A stretch of DNA of 64,000 nucleotides. Origin: Candidatus Multivoradales bacterium. Its GTDB lineage: Bacteria > Acidobacteriota > Thermoanaerobaculia > Multivoradales > J023. Both the position numbers and the translations under genes were made by a program. The notes below the pieces were generated by a model that worked only from the letters and a program-made list of their open reading frames with translations, was not told where the DNA came from and ran no database searches. This document shows, in pieces, positions 38,062 through 48,626 of this stretch. The first letter of the stretch is position 1. Each line of letters opens with the position of its first letter. Location: NCBI GenBank assembly GCA_965248925.1, contig CBDFLE010000006.1, positions 2,592,001-2,656,000 on the forward strand, in the 5' to 3' direction.

Positions 38062-39204
38062 CTAGCGATTCACATAGCGGCGAAAATCGACGCCCAAAAT
38101 AATGCCGGTACCGATGAAGTTGACCAGCGTGAACGAACCGCCGTAAGACAGGAAGGGTAATGGAATACCGGTAATGGGCAACAGTCCGACCACCATCGCC
38201 GTGTTGTAGAACACATGCGTCGCCAGCGCTGCCAACAGTCCGGCGACCAGCAGTACCGCGGTTCTCCCTCGGCCTCGCATGGCTATTCGCGCCGCTGAAC
38301 TGAGGTAGAGGGTGTAGAGCAACAGCACCGCGGCCACCCCGGCAAAGCCCCACTCCTCAGCCAGCACAGCCATGATGAAGTCGGTGTGCCGCTCCGGCAA
38401 GAAGCGCAGTTGGCTCTGTGTGCCCTGACCATAGCCCTTGCCCAGCAACTGCCCCGAGCCCACCGCGATCTTGCTCTGTCGCGCCTGATACCCAGCCCCC
38501 AAGGGATCGCTTGCCGGCGACAGGAAGCTGGCGACCCGCTGACGCTGGTAGTCGTGCAGAGCAAAGCTCCACAGTCCACCGGCGATCACCAACCCGAGCA
38601 CCACCGCCGCCAGCAAATGACGAACCCGCACTCCGGTGACCAGCAACATGCCGACCAGCAGCGGCATCAACATGGCGGCGCTGCCCAAGTCGCTTTCGAG
38701 AGCGATCAACAACATTGGCAGGCCGGCGATGGCACACGACACGAGAATCTCGCGCAGTTCCAGATGGGACCGACGAATGGTAGTCAAGTAGCGAGCGAGC
38801 ATCAAAGCAGTGGCGAGCTTGGCGAATTCTGAGGGCTGGATGCCGGTAGAGCCCAGAGTCAACCAACTACGAGCCCCTCCCGCTACCCGGCCGGCGAACA
38901 ACACCAGCACCAGCAGAAAAATTGCCAGGCCGTAAAGCGCTGCCGCCCGATTGACCAGCGATCGATAGTCAAAGCCGAAGGCCACAGCCATCCCCACCAG
39001 GCCGAGGGCGAGACGCAAAGCGTGCTTCACCAGATAGGTGGTTTGCAGCTCTGAAGTGGCACTATGCACCGTCGCCAGGCCGATCAGCGACAGCAGCACA
39101 GCAGCCACCAACGGCCCCCAATGCACGTTGCCCAGGCGACGCAGCGGGGTGCTGTCGTCAGGAATCGCTACGACGCGCGAGATCGGCTGCGAAAAACTTC
39201 TCAT
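38062..39204 (-). CDS. rodA: Rod shape-determining protein RodA (SEDS family)
   Basis: IQPSEFAK, DLGSA, GYQARQSKIAVGSG, FLPERHTDFI and GIPLPFLSYGGS. Start uncertain. Confidence 0.93.
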   Translation of the reverse strand: MRSFSQPISRVVAIPDDSTPLRRLGNVHWGPLVAAVLLSLIGLATVHSATSELQTTYLVKHALRLALGLVGMAVAFGFDYRSLVNRAAALYGLAIFLLVLVLFAGRVAGGARSWLTLGSTGIQPSEFAKLATALMLARYLTTIRRSHLELREILVSCAIAGLPMLLIALESDLGSAAMLMPLLVGMLLVTGVRVRHLLAAVVLGLVIAGGLWSFALHDYQRQRVASFLSPASDPLGAGYQARQSKIAVGSGQLLGKGYGQGTQSQLRFLPERHTDFIMAVLAEEWGFAGVAAVLLLYTLYLSSAARIAMRGRGRTAVLLVAGLLAALATHVFYNTAMVVGLLPITGIPLPFLSYGGSFTLVNFIGTGIILGVDFRRYVNR

Positions 39205-40951
39205 ACATCGCCCTGGCGAGAGGTGCCGCCGCTCGTGAACCCGTGCCGCCGTGCTCAACAAAAACCACCACCACCAGGCGGGGTTCGTCGAACGGAGCAA
39301 AGGAGGTGAACCAGGCGTGGTCGCGCAACTCCGGCGGCAAAGACTCGCTTCGGGTCCAGCTCTCTTGGTGCACCACTTGAACGGTGCCGGTCTTGCCCGA
39401 AATCTCGAAACCGGCCACATGGGCTACTTTGGCGGTGCCCTTCTTGCCATGAACCACGCTGTACATGCTACGGCGAACCAACTCCATGTGCCGCGGCTCG
39501 ATCTTCAAGTCTTCCTCGATCTGCGGTTGGTCACTCTCCACTAGCCTTGGCTGCAAGCGGCGGCCGCCGTTGGCCACCGCCGCGGTCATCACCGCGATTT
39601 GCAACGGTGTGGTCAAGATCGGGCCTTGGCCGATCGCCACCGATAAGGTCTCGCCCGGATACCAGCGCTCGCGACGAAAATTAAGACTCCACTGGGTGTC
39701 GGGAACCAGTCCTTTCTTCTCCCCTCGCAGATCGATTCCGGTGCTACTACCAAGGCCGAAGAGCCGAGCATAGCGCGCGATGGCGTCGATCTCCAGCTTC
39801 TGACCCAACTGGTAAAAGTAGATATCGCAAGAACGCTCCAAGGCGTCGTGCAGATTGACTGTACCGTGACCACTGCGCCACCAGCACCGCCGCCGTTGGC
39901 CATAGAACTTCGCCGCACCGCGACAGACCACTGTGTCTTGAGGGCGCACCACCCCTTCCTTCAAACCCGCCACGGCCATGACCAATTTGAACAAAGATCC
40001 GGGTGGGTAGGTGTTCTGTATCGCCCGGTTCTGCAGTGGGTGGTGAGGATTGTCGATCAGCGCCAGCCACTCCTCACGACCCAAGCGACGGGCAAAGTGG
40101 TTGGGGTTGAACGACGGCGAGGAGACCATCGCCAGGACGTTGCCGTCGCGCGGATCCATCGCCACGATCGCTCCGACATGATCCTCGAGCAAGCGAGCCG
40201 CTTCCTGTTGCAGCGCCAGGTCGAGGGTCAAGCGCAGATCGCCGCCAGCGCGCCCGAAGCTGCGCTGATGTTCTTCCACTTGCCGACCCCGGCTGTCGAC
40301 CACCACCACCCGATGGCCTGCCGCGCCACGAAGCAGGTTTTCATAGACCCCTTCGAGTCCCTGTTTGCCCAGCAAATCACCGCCACGGTAGGGCTCTCCC
40401 AAGCGTCGCAGTTCATCGCTGGTGACTTCCCCCAGATACCCCAGCACATGGGCGGTCTGATGAGCGTGGCGGTAGAGCCGCAAATGTTCGACCTCCATCT
40501 CGAACTCGGGATGCTCTAGGTGTTCGACCCCAAAGCGCGACACCTGCGCCAAGGACAATCCCTCGGCCAACCGCACCGGCTGAAAGGTTGGCACCGAACG
40601 GTAGCGGTCGAGCACTTTGGCCAACAGCTCACTCTGTTGCTCGAGGATTGGCGCGGCGAATTGCAGACTCGCCGGCGGCGAGGCGCTCAAGCTGCGATCG
40701 AGAAAGAGGTTGTAGCTCGGAACGTTCTCCACCAGCGGCAGGCCCTTGCGGTCGAAAATCAGCCCTCGAGGCGCCACGATAGCGTGCTCCCGCAAGCGAT
40801 TGTTCTCCGCCAACTCACGGTAGTAGTCGCCGTTGACTCCCTGCGCGAACCAGTAGCCGGTGGCGATGATCAGGATCACCAACTGGGCCAGGCGACTCAG
40901 GCGCGAGACCCGGAGGGCCAGCAAGCGACGATATTGGCGACTCTTAACCAT
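39158..40951 (-). CDS. mrdA: Penicillin-binding protein 2
   Basis: APRGLIFDR, PPGSLFK (SxxK), SCD and GKTGT. Confidence 0.95.
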   Translation of the reverse strand: MVKSRQYRRLLALRVSRLSRLAQLVILIIATGYWFAQGVNGDYYRELAENNRLREHAIVAPRGLIFDRKGLPLVENVPSYNLFLDRSLSASPPASLQFAAPILEQQSELLAKVLDRYRSVPTFQPVRLAEGLSLAQVSRFGVEHLEHPEFEMEVEHLRLYRHAHQTAHVLGYLGEVTSDELRRLGEPYRGGDLLGKQGLEGVYENLLRGAAGHRVVVVDSRGRQVEEHQRSFGRAGGDLRLTLDLALQQEAARLLEDHVGAIVAMDPRDGNVLAMVSSPSFNPNHFARRLGREEWLALIDNPHHPLQNRAIQNTYPPGSLFKLVMAVAGLKEGVVRPQDTVVCRGAAKFYGQRRRCWWRSGHGTVNLHDALERSCDIYFYQLGQKLEIDAIARYARLFGLGSSTGIDLRGEKKGLVPDTQWSLNFRRERWYPGETLSVAIGQGPILTTPLQIAVMTAAVANGGRRLQPRLVESDQPQIEEDLKIEPRHMELVRRSMYSVVHGKKGTAKVAHVAGFEISGKTGTVQVVHQESWTRSESLPPELRDHAWFTSFAPFDEPRLVVVVFVEHGGTGSRAAAPLARAMYEKFFAADLARRSDS

Positions 40952-40954
40952 CGT

Positions 40955-41476
40955 TCAGCGGACCTCCATCTTGACTTTGCGATGACGCTGCCGACGCCAC
41001 CCCTGTTCCCACGTTCTGAACCTTCGCGACATTAGAAAGAGCCCGAGACCCGCCAAGCCGGTGGTGAGGATCTTGGCAACCATCGTACCCGGTCCGGGCA
41101 GTTCGCCCTGATGGACCAGCAAGAACTGCAAAGCGGAGAGGGTCGCCACCTGCAAGGCAGCGGCAAAGGCAAACAACAGCCCTACCTGCAGCGGCTGCTG
41201 AAAAACAAATTGCTGCTGCAGTCGCGAACAGACGTAGCTGACCACCGTGTTGGCGAAACCGTGGATCCCAAACAACCCGCCGCTGAGCGCGTCTTCACTC
41301 AACCCGATGATCGAGCCGCCAAAGATATTCCAACCCAGGCTGCCAGCAAGACTCTGAAACACCACCAACACCAGGAAAGGGTCGAATAGGGTCGAGAAAT
41401 CGCCACTCAGGCGCAAGCCGACCCCATGCATCGTGGCCGCCAGCAGCAGGCCGAGCAACCACCTAAGGAACCGCAC
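40955..41476 (-). CDS. mreD: Rod shape-determining protein MreD
   Basis: Hydrophobic, with GLSEDALSGGLFG. Lies between mreC and mrdA. Confidence 0.85.
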   Translation of the reverse strand: MRFLRWLLGLLLAATMHGVGLRLSGDFSTLFDPFLVLVVFQSLAGSLGWNIFGGSIIGLSEDALSGGLFGIHGFANTVVSYVCSRLQQQFVFQQPLQVGLLFAFAAALQVATLSALQFLLVHQGELPGPGTMVAKILTTGLAGLGLFLMSRRFRTWEQGWRRQRHRKVKMEVR

Positions 41477-42299
41477 CGGACAGCGCCTCCTTGATCGCCG
41501 TGGGAACCGACTCCAGAGCCACCACATCGACCTGGTCGAGCAACATGAAATCGATCACTGGGTGAATGCGAATATGGTGAAAGAGGTCCGAGCCTGGTTT
41601 GACCGAAGCGACTTTGCCGATCGGAATGCCGCGGGGAAAGATCCCGTCCATGCCGGCGGTGACCACCTCGTCACCTGTTCGCACGTCACTCTGCAGTGGC
41701 ATGTAGAGCATGTCCAAACCCTGCTTGCCATCACCCTGGACAATGCCTTGGCGGCGGGTCCGGCGAATCATCGCGCTGACCGACGACGAGCGGTCGGTGA
41801 TCAGCTGCACTTTCGCGTAGCGGCCAGCGGCCAGCACGATCCGCCCCACTAGGCCATCGCCGCTGACCACCGGCTGATTCTTGCGCAGCTCAGCAGTGCC
41901 GGTGTAGAGCACCATCGACTGCAACCAGGATTTGTAGTCGATGTAGACCACGTCAGCGACGAAGTAGCCGTTCGGCAGACGTCGCGCGTAACCGGTCGAA
42001 CTCTTCAAACGCCGCAGCTCTTCCTCCAGCCCTTGCAAGCGCATCAGATCACGGCGGGTGCGGTCGAGCTGCTGATGCAGCAGGGTGTTCTCCGCCCGGA
42101 GGCTAGCCCGGGTGCTGAAGGACTCGAAAAATCCATCCAGCGAACGGTCCGCCGTGGCTACCGCGTGCGCCACCGGTGCCAGTCCGGCCAGCGCCAGCCG
42201 CTCCAGCGGACTGTCGCGAGCTTGCTGCCGCGAAGACAGAAGGACCAACTGGCCCAGCAGCAGAGTGACAAAGAGCAGTCTCGTCCAGCGTCCGTTCAC
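41463..42299 (-). CDS. mreC: Rod shape-determining protein MreC
   Basis: TM segment, coiled coil LRAEN, GLVGRI, VQLITD and GIFPRGIPIGKV. Confidence 0.92.
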   Translation of the reverse strand: MNGRWTRLLFVTLLLGQLVLLSSRQQARDSPLERLALAGLAPVAHAVATADRSLDGFFESFSTRASLRAENTLLHQQLDRTRRDLMRLQGLEEELRRLKSSTGYARRLPNGYFVADVVYIDYKSWLQSMVLYTGTAELRKNQPVVSGDGLVGRIVLAAGRYAKVQLITDRSSSVSAMIRRTRRQGIVQGDGKQGLDMLYMPLQSDVRTGDEVVTAGMDGIFPRGIPIGKVASVKPGSDLFHHIRIHPVIDFMLLDQVDVVALESVPTAIKEALSGAVP

Positions 42300-43324
42300 T
42301 AGCGTAGCGAGACCTTGCGCAGCAACTCCATGTTTTCTAGCACCCGACCAGTGCCCAAAACCACCGAGCACAGCGGGTCGTCGGCCAGCACCACTGGCAG
42401 GCCGGTTTCCTCACGCAGACGCTGGTCGAGGTTGCGGATCAACGCGCCGCCGCCAGACAGCACGATACCTTTGTCCATGATGTCGGCCGAAAGCTCCGGC
42501 GGGGTCCGCTCCAGCGCTTGACGCACCGCCTCGACAATGGCCGATATTGGTTCGGCCAAGGCTTCACGGATCTCGGTGTCCGACAGAGTCAGAGTCTTGG
42601 GTACCCCTTCCACCAGATCGCGACCCTTGATCTCCATGCGGATCTCTTCCTTGAGCGGAAAAGCGGAGCCGATCTCGATTTTGATCTGCTCGGCGGTGCG
42701 TTCACCAATCAACAGGTTGTAGCGTCGTTTGAGGAAGTTGATGATCGCTTCGTCGAGTTCGTTGCCGGCGATCTTCAACGACCGTGAGTAGACTGCTCCG
42801 GCAAGCGAGATCACCGCTACGTCGGTGGTGCCACCGCCGATGTCGACAATCATGTTACCCGAGGGCTCGGTGATCGGTAGCCCAGCACCTATCGCCGCCA
42901 TCATCGCCTGCTCGACCAGAAACACCTCCGACGCACCAGCCTGTTCGGCAGAGTCGCGGACCGCGCGCTTCTCTACCGGGGTGATCTCCGAGGGCACTCC
43001 GATGACGATCCGCGGCCGCACCCAACGGCGGCCACCGTGCGCTTTCGAGATGAAGTATTTGAGCATCTGCTCGGTGATGTCGAAATCGGCGATCACCCCA
43101 TCCTTCATCGGCCGCACCGATTCGATGTTCCCTGGAGTACGCCCGAGCATCTCCTTGGCCTCGGAGCCGACGGCTTCGATTTTGTTGGTAATCCGGTTGA
43201 AGACGACCACCGAGGGCTCGCTGACTACGATGCCACCATTGCGGGTGAAGACAAGCGTGTTGGCGGTGCCGAGATCGATCGCCAGATCGTCCGAGAAATG
43301 TCTGAGAATACTTGGAAATGGCAT
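42299..43324 (-). CDS. mreB: Rod shape-determining protein MreB
   Basis: AIDLGTANT, RPMKDGVIADF, VDIGGGTTD and TPPELSADI. Confidence 0.96.
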   Translation of the reverse strand: MPFPSILRHFSDDLAIDLGTANTLVFTRNGGIVVSEPSVVVFNRITNKIEAVGSEAKEMLGRTPGNIESVRPMKDGVIADFDITEQMLKYFISKAHGGRRWVRPRIVIGVPSEITPVEKRAVRDSAEQAGASEVFLVEQAMMAAIGAGLPITEPSGNMIVDIGGGTTDVAVISLAGAVYSRSLKIAGNELDEAIINFLKRRYNLLIGERTAEQIKIEIGSAFPLKEEIRMEIKGRDLVEGVPKTLTLSDTEIREALAEPISAIVEAVRQALERTPPELSADIMDKGIVLSGGGALIRNLDQRLREETGLPVVLADDPLCSVVLGTGRVLENMELLRKVSLR

Positions 43325-43352
43325 GTGTTGCTCGCGCCCTGGTGGGCGGCGT

Positions 43353-44786
43353 CTAGAAAGCCTCGGTGAAGACTTCCTGTAGTTTTCGGGTCTCGTTACC
43401 CCAGGTGTCGGTGGCCACGATCTCGACCGAGTCAAGATCTTCCCGGGTCGCTTGAATGGTCAAGCTGAATGAACCGTCGGCTTGGACAGCAACGTTGTTT
43501 CCATTGATCTCCAACCGCGCTCCAGGTTCGGTACGACCGCTAATCAACAGCTTGGCGCCGTAGGGACGGGCTTCGAAGATCTCAAGTTTGGGCGGTGTCC
43601 GATCTTGCTCACGGTCACCACCGCCATGAGCCGCGACGCGAAACGCTCGAGTCTCGCTCCATGGCCCGAAGGCGCCACCGCGGGCGATCGCCGCCACCTG
43701 CCAGAAAAAGCTCCCTTCGCCGCGTATCCCGACCGTCGCCGAAGTCCGTCGTCGACCCCGATCGTCAATGATGTTGCTGGCGAAGAGTGGGCTGGAGGAA
43801 ACCCGCAAAGCATATGATGCCGCCGAGGTAACCGGCCGCCAAGCGAGGTTCAGTTCCTCGTCCTGATCGAGATCGTACTCCTGGTCGCCACTTGGCGCGA
43901 TCAGCTCCGGCGCCGCTGGCAGCGGCCGCAGGTCCGACAGCAGCACCCCCCGCTGCTCGACCTGCTGCAAAGCGCTCAGCTCGCGCTCCTGGCCATTCTC
44001 CGAGATCACCCGCAGTTTGCCGCGGTAGGCGGCGAAACGGGCGACGTCGCGATCTTCGTCAAAGGAAACCAAGGCCTGTGAGCGACTGTCGATTCTCGCT
44101 TGAGCACGAGGTGTGTTGAGAGCACCCGCCGCCTTGGTGGTGCGCAACTCGACGGCGCCGATCACCACATCCGTGATTCGCTCTTCGCCACGCCCCCGAA
44201 CGCTGGAGGGCTGGTCACCTAGATGCACCATCGTGTTCTGCCGCAGGGTGTACACCGAACCATCGACGAACAGAATCTCAGCCTTACCATCTGCACTGGT
44301 CTTGACCCAATCGCCGGGATGCAGACTGATCTGACTGCGGGCTCGTTTCCAAGTGCCGCGGTCTCCTTGGCGAAACTCCACGCCGCCGTGCAAGCTGATC
44401 ATGCGGATCGGGCTCTCGGCATCCGCTTCTCCAACTTCCAACAGCGTCTCGAGGATCGCTGCGCACCGCTGGCCCTTGCTCAGCGCCCGCTGCAACTCAC
44501 CTGCGCCATAGGCGGTGTTAGCTTCGTCGAGCAAGCTCCAAGCCCCCTCTTGCTGACGCCGCAACTCCATGTAGTCTTCGCGTTGTTCGACCTGTCGCAC
44601 CAATCGGCGGGCATGCTGCAAGCCTAGCGAGGCCCGTTCGTCCAAGGTCACCTGCTGCCAACGCAAATATCCCAAATAGGAAACCCCGACCACCAGCAGC
44701 AACGCCCCCAGGGCTAGCAGCCGGCGAACGGTATCCACCGAGACGCTGTACCAGTGCAACTCGGGACGGCGATTGGCCAAACTCAT
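43353..44786 (-). CDS. Membrane-anchored FecR-domain protein with FN3/Ig-like C-terminal domains
   Basis: TM segment, helical region, LHPGDWVKTSADGKAEILFVDGS (FecR-like), FFWQVAA...GPWSETRAF (FN3) and SGRTEPGARLEING (Ig-like). Confidence 0.7.
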   Translation of the reverse strand: MSLANRRPELHWYSVSVDTVRRLLALGALLLVVGVSYLGYLRWQQVTLDERASLGLQHARRLVRQVEQREDYMELRRQQEGAWSLLDEANTAYGAGELQRALSKGQRCAAILETLLEVGEADAESPIRMISLHGGVEFRQGDRGTWKRARSQISLHPGDWVKTSADGKAEILFVDGSVYTLRQNTMVHLGDQPSSVRGRGEERITDVVIGAVELRTTKAAGALNTPRAQARIDSRSQALVSFDEDRDVARFAAYRGKLRVISENGQERELSALQQVEQRGVLLSDLRPLPAAPELIAPSGDQEYDLDQDEELNLAWRPVTSAASYALRVSSSPLFASNIIDDRGRRRTSATVGIRGEGSFFWQVAAIARGGAFGPWSETRAFRVAAHGGGDREQDRTPPKLEIFEARPYGAKLLISGRTEPGARLEINGNNVAVQADGSFSLTIQATREDLDSVEIVATDTWGNETRKLQEVFTEAF

Positions 44787-45161
44787 TACTCCAAGGCTTA
44801 TATGCATCGCGCTTCGCAACTGCGCGCCTCGTACTGGCGGCGGTGTCGAAAAGCTCTGCGGAAAGACAACCCGGTGTGGTTGCGCCCGCGGCGACCACAC
44901 TGGGTCGTGGTGTTCCTTGAGCCGCAGCAATCACCGGGCAGTGGTGCTCACCGACTAGCGAGGTTCAGGATGATATCTAGTGGCGACTCGATTCGAGCCC
45001 GGAGCCCGCTTCTTCCAAACTCGCAGAATATACCACAAACCACTGCTGGAACAAGGGTTTGTGGCCTTTCTGAACGGTGTCCGACGGGTTGCTCGACAGG
45101 GGTGTCATTGTATAGAGTCGGCAGCCTTGCCGATCCAACCCCGGCACCAAAGGAGAAAGTC

Positions 45162-47132
45162 ATGGCTCTCAGGTGGATGCGCGACCAAATGAAGTATCTG
45201 AAATGGGTTCTCGGACTCGTGATCTTCCTCTTCGTCGCCTGGTTGTTCTTCGACTATGCGGGCGTCAACAGTATGCAGCAGGATACTCGCCGGTCTGCCG
45301 CTACGGTGGGCGGCGAGGAGATCAGCTTTGCTGAATTCCAGCGTGAGTACAACAATCAGGAAGCTCGTCTGCGGCAAGCATTCGGCGACAATTTCAATCG
45401 TGATTTGGCCCGCCAGTTCAACTTGCCCAAACAGGCTATCGATCAGCTGATCAATCGGCGGATCCTGTTGCTCGAGGCACGGCAGTTGGGGTTGCGTGCC
45501 ACCGACGGTGAGATTCAGGAGGCGATTCTCCAGGAGCCGGTGTTCAACGACGAAGACGGCAACTTCGTCGGCTTCGACGACTACCGCAACATCTTGCGCC
45601 GGGCGCGTCTGAACGAAGCCGACTTCGAACGCTCGGTGAGCGAGGGCGTGCTGCTGAGTAAGCTACGCACAGTGCTGGCGGAGACCATCTACGTCTCCGA
45701 CCCGGAGATCGAGCAAGCCTTCCGTGATACTGCTGAGCGGGCCAAAGTGCGCTTCGTCCAGCTACCTTCGAGCGCTCTCGGCGATAGGGTCGACAGCGCC
45801 AGCCTGACCGTCACTCAAGAAGAGTTGGCGTCCTACTTTGCCGACCATCAGGACACCTACGAATTGCCCGAACGTCGGGTGGTCGACTATTTGTTGATCG
45901 ATCTGGTGCAGCTGCGCCGCGAGCTTGAGATTCCCGACCCGGAGATGCTCGCCTACTACGACGACAACAGCAGCGACTTCGAGAGTCAAGAGAAGGTCAA
46001 AGCGCGGCACATCCTGATCAAGGCCAACAGCGAAGCAGAGGTCGCGGACGCCGAGGCTAAGGTGGCCGACATCCGCCGGCGGATCGAGGCAGGTGAAGAC
46101 TTCGCCCAGCTGGCCGGGGATTTGTCGGAAGACGAAGTCAGCGCCGCCAAGGGTGGCGACCTGGGCTTCTTTGCCCGCGAGTTGATGGTTAAGCCGTTTG
46201 CCGATGCCGCTTTTGACGCCGCCATCGGCGAGTTGGTTGGACCGGTCAAGAGCGAGTATGGCTTCCACTTGATCGAGGTCACCGAGCGGCAGGAGGGTGG
46301 CGTACAACCCTTCGAGCAGGTTCGCGGCCAGATCCGCAGTCGGCTCGTCAGCTCCCGCGGCAATGAACTCGCCGAGACCACGGCCAAAGAGGTAGAGGCG
46401 CGGATTGCCAGCGAGAATTTGGGCACCGCAGAAGGTTTGCGCCAGTTGGCCGAGGAAGGCCAGGGCCTGAGCTTCGAAACCAGCCAACCTTTTGGCGACA
46501 GCGACATCGTTGCCGGTATCGGCCGCTCTGCGGACTTTAACGCCGCCGCCTTCGAGTTGGCGGCGGACGGCATCTCCGAGCCGATTCAGATTCCCCGTGG
46601 GTGGGTGATCCTGCGCTTACGCGAGGTGCAGGCACCACGAGTGCAGGAGCTGAGCGAGGTCGAGACCGAGGTTCGCCGAGCCGCCGAATTGCAGAAGAAA
46701 ACGGCTGCCGCGCAGCAGCTGTTGGCCGCCTCCAAAGACGCCATCGACGCGGGAGAGCAGAATTTCGACGAGGTTGCCGAAGAGCTTGGTCTGGAGATCC
46801 AGGAATCCACCGAGTTCGCCCGCAGCGATGCAATCGCCGGCCTGGGTCGCAACCAGCAGATCATCGACGCCGCTTTGGCTGCCGAAGTGGGCAACCTGGC
46901 GGGTCCTTTTGAAACCGACGCCGGCGCCGTGCTGGTAGAGGTTGTCGAGCGGCAGAAGTTCGAAGCGGCCGCCTTCGAGGAAGCCAGAGAGGCCACCCGG
47001 CTCAGCGAAGAAAGCCGGCGGCTAAACGAGGTGCTGAGTTCCGTCGTCGAGCTACGCCGCCGGGACCTCAAGCCATACTACGATCCGTCAGTGTTCGAGA
47101 ACTTCGGCCTCGACGCCCCCGGAGCTAGTTGA
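45162..47132 (+). CDS. PpiD/SurA-like parvulin peptidyl-prolyl isomerase
   Basis: AGGAG RBS, N-terminal TM, ARHILIK, GGDLGFF, MVKPFADAAF and YGFHLI. Confidence 0.9.
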   Translation: MALRWMRDQMKYLKWVLGLVIFLFVAWLFFDYAGVNSMQQDTRRSAATVGGEEISFAEFQREYNNQEARLRQAFGDNFNRDLARQFNLPKQAIDQLINRRILLLEARQLGLRATDGEIQEAILQEPVFNDEDGNFVGFDDYRNILRRARLNEADFERSVSEGVLLSKLRTVLAETIYVSDPEIEQAFRDTAERAKVRFVQLPSSALGDRVDSASLTVTQEELASYFADHQDTYELPERRVVDYLLIDLVQLRRELEIPDPEMLAYYDDNSSDFESQEKVKARHILIKANSEAEVADAEAKVADIRRRIEAGEDFAQLAGDLSEDEVSAAKGGDLGFFARELMVKPFADAAFDAAIGELVGPVKSEYGFHLIEVTERQEGGVQPFEQVRGQIRSRLVSSRGNELAETTAKEVEARIASENLGTAEGLRQLAEEGQGLSFETSQPFGDSDIVAGIGRSADFNAAAFELAADGISEPIQIPRGWVILRLREVQAPRVQELSEVETEVRRAAELQKKTAAAQQLLAASKDAIDAGEQNFDEVAEELGLEIQESTEFARSDAIAGLGRNQQIIDAALAAEVGNLAGPFETDAGAVLVEVVERQKFEAAAFEEAREATRLSEESRRLNEVLSSVVELRRRDLKPYYDPSVFENFGLDAPGAS

Positions 47133-47157
47133 GTAGCTGGCCCAGAGGCCGATAGCA

Positions 47158-47748
47158 ATGATCGGTTATCTGCGTGGCAAGCTCCTCGAGCTCGAACCCA
47201 GCCGGGCGCTGGTGGACGTTGGCGGCGTCGGCTACCAGGTGCAGATTCCGCTCTCGACCTTCTATGAGCTGCAAAAGCAGGCGGAGGGCAGCGAGGTCGC
47301 CCTGCGGATCTTCACCCAGGTGCGGGAAGACACCTTGGCCCTCTTCGGTTTCTCGACCCGGCGTGAAAAGGCGCTGTTCGAGAAGCTACTGGCGGTCTCG
47401 GGAATCGGTCCAAAGCTGGCTCAGGCGGTGCTTTCGGGCATGCCGCCCGGCGACTTGGCCAGCGCCCTGGCCACTGGCGACGTGCGCCGCTTGAACTCCA
47501 TTCCGGGGGTCGGCAAGAAGACCGCTGAGCGCATGGTGCTGGAACTCAAAGACAAGGTGCAGGATCTCGCCGCCGATCTACCCGCCAAGCTGTCCTCGGG
47601 CGACGGCGACCTGGTCGAAGCGTTGGTCAACCTGGGCTACCGCCGCCGCAACGCCGAGTCCGCCGTCTCGCTGACCACCCGCGAACACACCGGCAAACCC
47701 TTCGCCGACCTGTTGCGACTCAGCCTGCAGAGACTGTCGAAAATCTGA
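47158..47748 (+). CDS. ruvA: Holliday junction branch migration protein RuvA
   Basis: MIGYLRG, GGVGY, VSGIGPKLA, PGVGKKTAER and ALVNLGY. Confidence 0.96.
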   Translation: MIGYLRGKLLELEPSRALVDVGGVGYQVQIPLSTFYELQKQAEGSEVALRIFTQVREDTLALFGFSTRREKALFEKLLAVSGIGPKLAQAVLSGMPPGDLASALATGDVRRLNSIPGVGKKTAERMVLELKDKVQDLAADLPAKLSSGDGDLVEALVNLGYRRRNAESAVSLTTREHTGKPFADLLRLSLQRLSKI

Positions 47749-47799
47749 CCGGGTCGTCCACCAAGCGCGGCCACCTTTGGCAAACAGCCAGAATCAGGA

Positions 47800-48228
47800 T
47801 CAGGACGCCGGCCCTGAGAGATCGTCCACCGACAGCAGCATTTGGCGGGCCGCATGGCACTGTTGACGATCGGCTGAGAGAAAGAGGTCACAGTGAGACT
47901 CCATCGCTGAGGCAACGTGGATTGCGTCCATTGCCCGCAGACGTTCCGCTTCCAAACATTGAGTGGTGGATCGCAAGACAGCAGGAGTCAGCGTGATCAC
48001 GCTAGCCTGATCGATATCTGCCGCAAACTCCTGCTTGAGATGCCTGTAGTGGTGAGCCGACAGCAGACCTTCGCGCCGCAATCGATTGAACCCCGAAAGT
48101 ACCTCCGGAACGCAGATCACACTGAGAAGTATCTCTTTCGCCTCACGACACCTAGCCGCTACGGCCTCGCTTCCCAACTCACGCACGTAACGCTTGGCCA
48201 GGGCAGAGGAGTCCAAAAAAACGCGCAT
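47800..48228 (-). CDS. PIN-domain (VapC) toxin
   Basis: VFLDSSALAKRY..E.GS, LRAMDAIHVASA and FLSADRQQ. Confidence 0.9.
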   Translation of the reverse strand: MRVFLDSSALAKRYVRELGSEAVAARCREAKEILLSVICVPEVLSGFNRLRREGLLSAHHYRHLKQEFAADIDQASVITLTPAVLRSTTQCLEAERLRAMDAIHVASAMESHCDLFLSADRQQCHAARQMLLSVDDLSGPAS

Positions 48229-48449
48229 CAGCGTTCGTGCCGATCCGCGAGTATCGCCGCGCTGAGCGATACCTTACCGTCCAACTCCAAAGGCTCGGAA
48301 GTTCGCCAGCGATCACCGCGACGCCGAATAGGAACTAGCAGGGCAATCGGCTTGCCGTGACGATAGACCTCTAACTCATCGCCTCTCTCGACTTCATCGA
48401 AGTACTTCTTCGCGTGGTTACGCAAATCCGTGAAGGTCACGGTCTTGAT
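48228..48449 (-). CDS. Phd/YefM-family antitoxin
   Basis: (I)KTVTFTDLRNHAKKYFDEVERGDELEVYRHGKPIALLVP. The expected start codon after the GGAGG RBS reads ATC, with an alternative GTG at 48440. Confidence 0.88.
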   Translation of the reverse strand: MKTVTFTDLRNHAKKYFDEVERGDELEVYRHGKPIALLVPIRRRGDRWRTSEPLELDGKVSLSAAILADRHER

Positions 48450-48626
48450 GGCTCACCTCCAGGTTGTGACATGGTTTCGTACAGTATCATGTTTATCACT
48501 GAGCCGAATCTGTGTCGATCCGTAACGATCTGCGTTGGCGCCTAACAACGACCTGAAAGAAAACCTGCTCGCGAAAGTCTGAGAGGCCAGCCCGCGGCTT
48601 GCCCCGCGGCGGGTAGAATGCCGCTC

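Noticed and set aside
44754-45161. Long N-terminal extensions in the ORF track (PpiD, sulfatase, IstB, RodA, TPR)
   Set aside because: They overlap neighbouring genes, the tRNA or structured intergenic DNA. Downstream starts with an RBS or family-typical N-termini fit better.
47749-48546. TA pair as an integron cassette (GTTAGGC upstream on the minus strand)
   Set aside because: No matching RYYYAAC/attC structure after the toxin, and no integrase.
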